Source: an uncultured Christensenella sp. (GTDB taxonomy: Bacteria > Bacillota > Clostridia > Christensenellales > Borkfalkiaceae). From it: a DNA stretch of 32,507 nt. The translations under genes and the position numbers were made by a program. Positions 17,451-25,196 of this stretch are shown here, piece by piece (position 1 is the stretch's first letter; every line of letters begins with the position of its first letter). The DNA lies in NCBI GenBank assembly GCA_964487575.1, contig CAZARP010000003.1, positions 12,178 to 44,684 on the forward strand, given 5' to 3'. The notes under the pieces were generated by a model. It saw only the letters and a program-made list of their open reading frames with translations, was not told the origin of the DNA and made no database searches.

Positions 17451-20138
17451 ATGAAGAAAAATAAATTTTCTATAAGAACGGTCGCTATGGCGTTGTCGCT
17501 TTGTACCGTGTTCGGCGTTGCCGGATGCGGAAGCGATGGCGGCTCGGTTTCTCCGCTAAAAGAGAGCGACGTGGAATTCTGGGGGACGTACGCTACCGAA
17601 AAGGTTTTGCAAGACAAGCACGACTACGACTCCGTTAAACGCGACGCCGCAATAAACCTTACGGTTGCAAAAGGCGAGTACGAGAGTTCGCAGATAATAA
17701 TGACCGCGGCAAATGACGTGCCGTCGTATACCGTTACCGTAACCGATTTAAAGACGTCTGACAACAAAGTTTTCCCCAAAGAAAACATTTCTATATACAA
17801 TGAAAAGTATATAGAAGTGGTTTCCGTTTACAAGGCGTACGAGGGGGCGGTGCCGGGGTTCTATCCCGACGCGCTGTTGCCTATGGATACTGCGGTGAAA
17901 TGGGGCGAAAACAAGATATCCAAGGGTAACAACCAGGGTATTTACGTGACGTTCGACAACAACGCGCACAAAGACGAAAACGGCGAGTATATAATGACCG
18001 ATGGCGATTACACTTACTTCGACAGCGGCGTATATACCGGCAATATGACGATTAAGTACGGTGACTTTTCTAAGGCTATACCGATTACTCTCGAAATTTT
18101 AGACGCGACCGTCGGCGAAGAAAACCACGTTCAGTCGCACTTCGGCTCTTACAGAAGCAAGGGTACGGCGGACCTCGAGGACACGCAGGCGGAAAAGGAC
18201 GCGTGGAACCAAAAATTCTACGAATACAGAATAACCGGCGACCAAGTGCTTGCGGACTTCGCTTACGACGACAATATGATAAAAAATTACGTCGCCGCCA
18301 CGATGAAGTATCTAAAGAGCCCTAAATGCTCGGGTTTATCGCTCCCGACGAGGAACGTTTATAACTATCAATATACTTCGTCGGACGGAGTTACCTCCGG
18401 CGAAACGGTTATCGATAAGGACTTTTTTAAGGATTTCGTTTGGGCGTACCTTAACGAAAGCGTCGCGCAGAATTACAACTTCGTCGCTAAAATAAACGTA
18501 AGTTGCTCGATTATCGACGAACCTACCAGTCACCCCGAACTTGCGCGCAGGGTCCCTGCGGTTATGGAACTGTTCCGCTTGGCGAGGGAAGAATTGGCTG
18601 CCGAGATTTACGACCTTGTAAAAGGCAATTATAAAAACGCCGATTACAAGTTGACCGACTATCAAAAGAAGATTTACGATAAACTTACCGACGAGCAAAA
18701 GGCGGCGTACGAGGGGATCTCCGAAGAATTTATGCAGCAGCTTATTTCGGGCGTGCTTAACATAAAAATGCCGGTAACCAGTGACTACGCTCCGGGGTAC
18801 AATATAGAAACTTATTGCCCCAACGCCAACTTGTACGACTCCGAGGCAAGCCGTAAGGTGTTCTCCGACCATCAGCAGTCGATGAAGGAAACTTACGAAA
18901 CGCTGTATCACAACGGATATACCTTAAACGGCAACACGTACGTTTACGACTGGTACGAATACAAGACTTGCGAATGGTGGTACACCGCGGCTTCGGTACC
19001 GTGCATTACGTTTGACTTCGAAATGCCGCTTGCAGGAATTAGGACTAACGGTTGGATGCTTGCCGACTACGACGCCGACGGCTTCTTATACTGGGCGGTA
19101 GACCTTTTTGCGTACGACTCTACGGGCGGCTCTGGCGTTTATTACAATATAGAAGACTACTACACCGAAAACGCGATGAGATACACCAAGAGCAGCGGTA
19201 ACGGCTATCTCTTCTATCCCGGCGGGCAGTACGAACTTTCCGAACCCGTCGCGTCTATGCGTATAGAAGCGTATAGGGACGGGTTAGAGGAATACGAACT
19301 CATCTACGGGCTTAAAGAGACTTACAGTCAGTACGGCTTCGACGCAAGCGACGTTATAAGCAGTATAGGTACTTCTATCTATACGGGTATGGTTTCTACC
19401 GCTACCGGCGCGACGATGGCTGCCGCAAGAACGGCTTTATTGCAGGTCGTTAACTGCGCGGCGTCCGACGCAAAGATGTTCATTACGGGTTATAATGAAG
19501 ACGGCTACGGTAATTGTACTTACAAAGTCTTTATGAAAGAGGGTTACGAACTCAAAAACCGCGGCGTAACCGTCACCGACTGCGAAAAAGTCGACGGCGG
19601 CGTGATGTATACCGTCGTGGTGAAGCTTAAAGACGCGACGAACAGCGTTTCGTTGAGCTTCGAAGCCGGCGGAAAGACTTATAAATTCGAATTAGGTTTG
19701 GGCGGCGAGGCGGAAGTCAACGACGCAAGCATATTTAAGAGTGCTTTCAAAAAGTCGACCGTTGCGCCTTCTTCCAAAATAGAAGACGGAATGATCAAGT
19801 TGACGCTCCCCGAAAGCGGAAGCAAGTCGCAAAGGGTAATGCTCGGCGGCGAAATCTTGTCTAAGTTTAAAACGGGCGTTAAAAAGATATTGTTCCATAT
19901 AGAAAACCCGACGGACGGCGACGTGAAAATCGTTATTTCGTTAAAACGTTCCGACCGCGACGTGTCTTTGGAATTGGTGAACCAAGTTTTGAAACCCGGC
20001 GCTAACGTCGTGGAATTTTCGGTTAACGGCGATTGGAACAGCGCAACGGCGGATAATTTGCTTATCACGTTCGGCGACGGCAAAGAACAGCCGGAGAGAA
20101 CGATATACTTCAAAGACGTCGTCGTTTATTACAAATAA
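17451..20138 (+). CDS. surface lipoprotein with DUF4091 (GH123-related) glycoside-hydrolase-like domain plus a C-terminal beta-sandwich-like module
   Basis: Lipobox FGVAGC-GS. Segments GFYPDALLP, DGFLYWAVDLF, GNGYLFYPG and SMRIEAYRDGLEEYELI match my recollection of DUF4091 proteins. The last roughly 140 aa end in TIYFKDVVVYYK, which resembles the closing motif of the downstream array. Confidence 0.65.
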   Translation: MKKNKFSIRTVAMALSLCTVFGVAGCGSDGGSVSPLKESDVEFWGTYATEKVLQDKHDYDSVKRDAAINLTVAKGEYESSQIIMTAANDVPSYTVTVTDLKTSDNKVFPKENISIYNEKYIEVVSVYKAYEGAVPGFYPDALLPMDTAVKWGENKISKGNNQGIYVTFDNNAHKDENGEYIMTDGDYTYFDSGVYTGNMTIKYGDFSKAIPITLEILDATVGEENHVQSHFGSYRSKGTADLEDTQAEKDAWNQKFYEYRITGDQVLADFAYDDNMIKNYVAATMKYLKSPKCSGLSLPTRNVYNYQYTSSDGVTSGETVIDKDFFKDFVWAYLNESVAQNYNFVAKINVSCSIIDEPTSHPELARRVPAVMELFRLAREELAAEIYDLVKGNYKNADYKLTDYQKKIYDKLTDEQKAAYEGISEEFMQQLISGVLNIKMPVTSDYAPGYNIETYCPNANLYDSEASRKVFSDHQQSMKETYETLYHNGYTLNGNTYVYDWYEYKTCEWWYTAASVPCITFDFEMPLAGIRTNGWMLADYDADGFLYWAVDLFAYDSTGGSGVYYNIEDYYTENAMRYTKSSGNGYLFYPGGQYELSEPVASMRIEAYRDGLEEYELIYGLKETYSQYGFDASDVISSIGTSIYTGMVSTATGATMAAARTALLQVVNCAASDAKMFITGYNEDGYGNCTYKVFMKEGYELKNRGVTVTDCEKVDGGVMYTVVVKLKDATNSVSLSFEAGGKTYKFELGLGGEAEVNDASIFKSAFKKSTVAPSSKIEDGMIKLTLPESGSKSQRVMLGGEILSKFKTGVKKILFHIENPTDGDVKIVISLKRSDRDVSLELVNQVLKPGANVVEFSVNGDWNSATADNLLITFGDGKEQPERTIYFKDVVVYYK

Positions 20139-20152
20139 AGGAGAGAGTGATT

Positions 20153-21439
20153 ATGAAATTTTTGAAAAAAACGTTATGTTTTATATTTGCTCTCGCGTTA
20201 CTCTGCACGGCGGTATTCGCCGCCGGTTGCGGAGAGGTTCAAACCGACGACGACAACGCCGAAGCGGTTAAATCGGTGGAATTTAGGAACTTCGAACAAT
20301 GGGGACCCGATTTCCAGATAACCAGATTGTTGAGAAGCTTCGGCAAAGTATCCAGAAATACCGAGAAGCAATACGTTCACAACGGCGAGTATTCGATGAA
20401 GATACAGCCGATGGGCGGGTACTGGTACTACAGCGAGCCGATTATGTATTTCGAAACGATTTCCAAGCGTTTTAATTACGACTACAGCGACTTCACCAAG
20501 GTAGATTACGTTTCGATGTGGGTTTACAACGCCAACGACGTCGAAAAGACGGTAAAAGTAGGCTTGGTGACGAATATCGCCGATTATCAAACCATTACGT
20601 CGGCGGAGGGTACTAAGTTCACGCTTAAACCCGGTCAGTGGCAAGAAATCACCTATTACGTTGACTTCAACGCGATGAACGTTTCCACCACCGTCACGTC
20701 GGAGATGATGACTGCGATAAAGGGTATATACCTCGCTTTCGACAACGCTAAAACGGAAAATTTGGACGAGGCGCCGATATTCTATTTAGACGACGTTTAC
20801 ATCGGATACAAAGACGCGGAGAACACCGTTTCGGACGTTCTTCAGTTCGACGACGGCGAAATTTGCGATTTCGAAAAACTTTATCAAAAATACGTGTTCG
20901 TTCCCGTTACGCGCAGCATAAACGCCAAATGCGTTTCTCAGTTGGAAGTCGTCAGGGCGACCGACTGCGGTATAGAAGCGTCTTCCGGCAACAACGTGCT
21001 TAAGTTGACGGCAAGGTCGGGAGATACAAGCCGAGGTACTTGGCCCGGGTTCAATCTCCCGGCGTCGGTACTGCACGCTTCCGGTATAACGACCGTTGAC
21101 GAAAAGGATTACGAAAACACCTATTTCGCGTTCGACGTATACAACGCCGAGGCGGAAGACTTCGAGTTCTATATGGTTTTCAGGCAAAACGACAAGGGCT
21201 TTAAGTTGACCAAAATCCACAAGGCGACGGCAGGCGAATGGACTACCTTCAAAATTTCTCTCGCAGAACTCGGTTCGGTTAATTCGAGCGACGTGTTCAG
21301 CAGCGATTACGTGGCGAACGGCAGGGTAACCGACCCCCAAGACTTGCTTATATCTTACGGCGAGTTTTTGGGTGCGGAAGACGGCAGTCAGATAGAAAAG
21401 ATTTTCTATTTCGACAACTTCAGAATAATTCAACTGTGA
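20153..21439 (+). CDS. lipoprotein of unknown function, two copies of the array module (array member A)
   Basis: The ATG at 20153 follows AGGAG. Lipobox VFAAGC-GE. There are two roughly 180-200 aa segments. Their motifs are VDYVSMWVYNAN / QWQEITYYV / IFYLDDVYIGY and YFAFDVYNAE / EWTTFKISL / IFYFDNFRII. Confidence 0.6.
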   Translation: MKFLKKTLCFIFALALLCTAVFAAGCGEVQTDDDNAEAVKSVEFRNFEQWGPDFQITRLLRSFGKVSRNTEKQYVHNGEYSMKIQPMGGYWYYSEPIMYFETISKRFNYDYSDFTKVDYVSMWVYNANDVEKTVKVGLVTNIADYQTITSAEGTKFTLKPGQWQEITYYVDFNAMNVSTTVTSEMMTAIKGIYLAFDNAKTENLDEAPIFYLDDVYIGYKDAENTVSDVLQFDDGEICDFEKLYQKYVFVPVTRSINAKCVSQLEVVRATDCGIEASSGNNVLKLTARSGDTSRGTWPGFNLPASVLHASGITTVDEKDYENTYFAFDVYNAEAEDFEFYMVFRQNDKGFKLTKIHKATAGEWTTFKISLAELGSVNSSDVFSSDYVANGRVTDPQDLLISYGEFLGAEDGSQIEKIFYFDNFRIIQL

Positions 21440-21449
21440 GGAGGTAAAT

Positions 21450-23654
21450 ATGAAAAAGTTTTTAATTTCCGTATTGTCTCTTTTAACGTTGTTGTGCGTC
21501 TGCCTTGCCGCGGCGTGCGGCGGTCAAACCTCGACCGTAGAGTTGGTCGATTTTAAAGACGTGACCGTGGAAGCGGAAATCGGCAGCGTGGTTTCGTTGC
21601 AACCGTATTTGGTCGTCGCGGATAAAGACGGTAAAACCTATCATACGAGCGTTTCGATTAAGACCAAAGACGGCAAAGCGGTCGAAACGTTGATGTACGA
21701 ATTCAACGCAGACGATCACGACGGCTATATCGTGAGCGTTTCGTTGAAAATCGACGATAAATATTACGCTCGCACGGTGACGATAAATATGAAGGATACG
21801 TCTTCGCCGACGATAGTGATAGCGGACCTTCCCGACTTCGGCACCACGGGTGAAGAATATAAAGTAAAATATACGGTAAAAGACGCCAATCAAACGTCTT
21901 CCGAATTAAAGATAACTTTCGTTAACGCCGACGGCAGCGAAACGCCAGTCGAACACGTCGACGGCAAGTTTACGCCTTCTAAACCCGGCGAATACAAACT
22001 GACCGTAACGGCGACAGATAACAAGGGCAACCCCTCGGCTACGAGGAGCAAGACCTTCGTCGTTCGCGAAGTGCTTGCGGATTACTCTTTGGAAGAATTT
22101 TCGGATAAGTTCAGCGTGGACAACGCGACGAACTACCTCAACAATTTATCTTCGGATAAGCCCGTGTACAAAGACGAGTTGGACGGCAGATACGGCGTGG
22201 TCGGTCAGACCAGCCAAAGCGGCTATCACGATTTTTCGTTCAGATTTAACAGAAGCCTTTCTTGGCTTAACGGTATAGACGCTTCTTCGTGGGATTACGT
22301 TTCGATATGGATATATATCGACGACGAAGGCGAATACAACCTTTACACTTGGAACGCGAAGTACGACGCCACGGTTATAGGCAAACGCTGGACGGAAGTC
22401 AAACTTACCAAGTCTATGATAACCGAACAGAGGAGTTTATACGCTCAACACGGCGGCACGGTGGAAGCGTTCAACAAATTGCACAGTTCCGAGAACAAAG
22501 GATTTAAGATGTTCTGGATACACAGGTTGGATTTGCGGCAAGACGACCCCGAGCGCGTGCTCGACAACGTGTACGTGTACGTGGACTCCATTCGTTTCGG
22601 CAGAGATATAGCGACCTCGCTTGAAAAGACGGAGTACGTTCTCGGCGATACGGTAAAACTTTCCGCGACGGCAGACGGCGTGGGCGAGGCTAAGTTCTCT
22701 TACGAAGTCGTCGACGCAGACGGCAAAGTTACCGCGATAGAGGGCGACGAATTCATCCCGACAAAACCCGGCGAATACACCGTCCGCGCGACCCTTTTAG
22801 GTAACGCTTACGGCGTTGCGGAAACTAAAATAACGGTCAGAAACAACGTGGAAATCTCTGCGAAAAAGCATACCGAAATTTTGGTAAACGATACGGTCGT
22901 CATTCCGCAAGGCGTCGTAATAGACGTGAGAAGCGGCGCAAAACTTGACGGCGTCGTATCGTTAAAGGTTGTAGACGCGGCAGGGGAAGAAGTCACGCTC
23001 GGTATAGACGGCGCGTTGAAGTCCACCAACGTGGGCGACAGTTACACCGTTACGTACACCGCGGAAGCGAACGGCGAGGCTTTGGAACTTTCTTACACGG
23101 CGGTGACCGTCAGAAACTACGCTCGCAGTATAAACGAATTCAGCGACGCATCGACGGTAACAGGCATCGTACCGAAAACCGATAACGACAAGTCAACGAC
23201 CGATCCCGAGTGGTTGGCGGAATTCGAGGGCAGAACGGGCGTCGTAAAAGCGCACGTGCCGAAGAACGACAGCATATATCAGAACTTCTGCGTGCAGGGC
23301 GAAACGGACAGCGTTACTTTGAGGGAGTATATGTTAGAACACGACGCCGAGTGGGATTATATCTCCGCGTGGGTGTATATAAACATAGAGGGCGAAGTTA
23401 ATTGCATTATCAACAGAGCAAACGTAAAAGTACGAGGCAAAACCTGGTACGAGGTCAAGATAACCAAAGAAGACATCTTAAACAACGACAAAAGCTTGTA
23501 TAAAAAATGCGATAACGACGACAACCCCTATTGCAACGTCGCAAACATATTCTCCACCACAAAGGTTAAAGAATATTTGATTTGTATCGTCGATAACACT
23601 CATTCCGACAACGTTATTTATATCGACAGCATAAGGCTCGAAAAGAACGCGTAA
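21450..23654 (+). CDS. lipoprotein of unknown function: Ig-like repeats alternating with two copies of the array module (array member B)
   Basis: RBS GGAGG. Lipobox LAAAC-GG. The Ig-like segments share F.P.KPGEY...T..D patterns (FTPSKPGEYKLTVTATD, FIPTKPGEYTVRATLL). The two modules carry DGRYGVVGQ / WDYVSIWIYI / RWTEVKLT / VYVYVDSIRFG and EFEGRTGVVKA / WDYISAWVYI / TWYEVKIT / VIYIDSIRLE. Confidence 0.65.
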   Translation: MKKFLISVLSLLTLLCVCLAAACGGQTSTVELVDFKDVTVEAEIGSVVSLQPYLVVADKDGKTYHTSVSIKTKDGKAVETLMYEFNADDHDGYIVSVSLKIDDKYYARTVTINMKDTSSPTIVIADLPDFGTTGEEYKVKYTVKDANQTSSELKITFVNADGSETPVEHVDGKFTPSKPGEYKLTVTATDNKGNPSATRSKTFVVREVLADYSLEEFSDKFSVDNATNYLNNLSSDKPVYKDELDGRYGVVGQTSQSGYHDFSFRFNRSLSWLNGIDASSWDYVSIWIYIDDEGEYNLYTWNAKYDATVIGKRWTEVKLTKSMITEQRSLYAQHGGTVEAFNKLHSSENKGFKMFWIHRLDLRQDDPERVLDNVYVYVDSIRFGRDIATSLEKTEYVLGDTVKLSATADGVGEAKFSYEVVDADGKVTAIEGDEFIPTKPGEYTVRATLLGNAYGVAETKITVRNNVEISAKKHTEILVNDTVVIPQGVVIDVRSGAKLDGVVSLKVVDAAGEEVTLGIDGALKSTNVGDSYTVTYTAEANGEALELSYTAVTVRNYARSINEFSDASTVTGIVPKTDNDKSTTDPEWLAEFEGRTGVVKAHVPKNDSIYQNFCVQGETDSVTLREYMLEHDAEWDYISAWVYINIEGEVNCIINRANVKVRGKTWYEVKITKEDILNNDKSLYKKCDNDDNPYCNVANIFSTTKVKEYLICIVDNTHSDNVIYIDSIRLEKNA

Positions 23655-23674
23655 CGCTTATCGGGAGAGAGAAG

Positions 23675-24955
23675 ATGTTAAAAAAAATATTAGCGATTAT
23701 CCTTGCGCTCGCGGCGGCATTGTCCGTTTGCGGGTGCGGGGGCGCGGAAGACGAGGGGGATAAATCCGACGTAACGCCGCCGGGCAACACGGTCGAAACG
23801 CCGACCCCGACGGACGACCCCGAATTGGATTACACCGCTTACGACTTCGACGATACGGTAGGGGTTGCGACGACGTTCGGCGACGGCAGTAAAGAAACGC
23901 TTTACGTAGATACGTCCGACCCGTCGCAAGCCGATAACTTCGGCACGACCGGAGGTGTTTGCGAAGTAGGGTATTTAAACAAGGCGGACGAAGCCTTGCG
24001 CGACCCTGCCGACCCGTACGTGCCGGAAGAATACGGCGGATATGCGTACGTGCGCAACGTAAACAAGTATACGTACGTCAACGTCCGCGTTAAGCCGCAG
24101 TGCTCTAAAGAAGATTTTCTTCTTGCTGACTATATAGAAATGCAGGTCTTCTGCAATAAAGAAGTCCGCGTGAGTTACGGCAACATGCACCTCGCCACGG
24201 TGAAGAAGTTCACTTGGACGACTATCCGTTATTCGACGGAAATATGGCGTGCTTCCAAGCACAGCAACCAAGTATACAGTTCGGTGACGTCGAAATCGGA
24301 TTTTTACGATATGCTAAGTCGCGACGGCTCGTCGCTTGCGGGTAAACCCGGCGTAACGGAAGAAGCCGCGAAGACAGACGCCAACAACGGCAAAATGCTG
24401 ATGATAACCGGTTACGGCAGCGAAGGTGCGGAAGCAAACGATTATTCTTTTTATATAGCCGACGTAAAAATCGGTATAGAAGAAACGAACGTCAAAGCCG
24501 GCAGAAACTTCGCGGACGTGTCGGAGGACGGCATAAGCTTGCCGTACGGCAGCGTAAAAGAAGTTCTCTTCCGCGGCGTGGACGCGGTGGAAATAACTAC
24601 GGACGACAAAAACGTTCAGCGCGAACTTAAAGTATTGGTAAAACCCGAAAAGCGTTTCGACCAGTTAAAATATTACGACAGCGTAGTCGTGAGAATGTTG
24701 GTGCAAACGGAAGGGGATACGGCGGATATTTACGCGTACGTACCCAATAACGTCTCTTATTTAGAGGATCAACTCAAAATAAAAACCGTACCGGTTAACG
24801 TGTGGGTCAACGTGGAAATCCATATAGACTTCGTTAAGTCGATGTACCCGGGCATATATACGGGCACGCACTCGCTGTTCGTGTACAAAAGCGACGTGGC
24901 GAAACCGGTAACAATTTACGTATCCGACATAATGCTTTGCAAAAACGCGGATTGA
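23675..24955 (+). CDS. lipoprotein of unknown function, two divergent copies of the array module (array member C)
   Basis: Lipobox LSVCGC-GG, followed by a Pro/Thr/Asp linker. The divergent modules carry ADYIEMQVFCN / FTWTTIRY / FYIADVKIGIE and YDSVVVRMLVQ / VWVNVEIHI / TIYVSDIMLCK. Confidence 0.55.
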   Translation: MLKKILAIILALAAALSVCGCGGAEDEGDKSDVTPPGNTVETPTPTDDPELDYTAYDFDDTVGVATTFGDGSKETLYVDTSDPSQADNFGTTGGVCEVGYLNKADEALRDPADPYVPEEYGGYAYVRNVNKYTYVNVRVKPQCSKEDFLLADYIEMQVFCNKEVRVSYGNMHLATVKKFTWTTIRYSTEIWRASKHSNQVYSSVTSKSDFYDMLSRDGSSLAGKPGVTEEAAKTDANNGKMLMITGYGSEGAEANDYSFYIADVKIGIEETNVKAGRNFADVSEDGISLPYGSVKEVLFRGVDAVEITTDDKNVQRELKVLVKPEKRFDQLKYYDSVVVRMLVQTEGDTADIYAYVPNNVSYLEDQLKIKTVPVNVWVNVEIHIDFVKSMYPGIYTGTHSLFVYKSDVAKPVTIYVSDIMLCKNAD

Positions 24956-25050
24956 CGTAAAAACACTAAAGTGACTTAAATTTTGCGACCCGACGATTTA
25001 TTTGATTTATTAAATAAGTTAAAAACCTATTAAAGGAGGGTTTATAAAAG

Positions 25051-25185
25051 ATGAAAACTTACACAAAACCGTCGTTAGAAATGTTCGCTTTTGAAAAAGT
25101 AGATATTCTATCGACAAGCGGCGACAAGAAGGACCAAGACGCACAGTGGGTGTCCACGTGGACCGACGAGTCGTTCTGGAACTAA
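25051..25185 (+). CDS. unannotated 44-codon ORF (MKTYTKPSLEMFAFEKVDILSTSGDKKDQDAQWVSTWTDESFWN)
   Basis: AGGAGG at 25034-25039 lies 11 nt before the ATG at 25051. The TAA stop at 25183-25185 sits immediately before the GGAGGG RBS of the next gene. It is too short for the supplied ORF track. Coding status is unproven. Confidence 0.4.
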   Translation: MKTYTKPSLEMFAFEKVDILSTSGDKKDQDAQWVSTWTDESFWN

Positions 25186-25196
25186 CGGAGGGCACT

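Noticed and set aside
20786-21433. A 215 aa minus-strand ORF antisense to array gene A, and similar ORFs at 18336..18911 -, 19679..20113 -, 25356..25862 - and 27030..27347 -
   Set aside because: Shadow ORFs. The + strand frames have RBSs, signal peptides and repeated-module structure.
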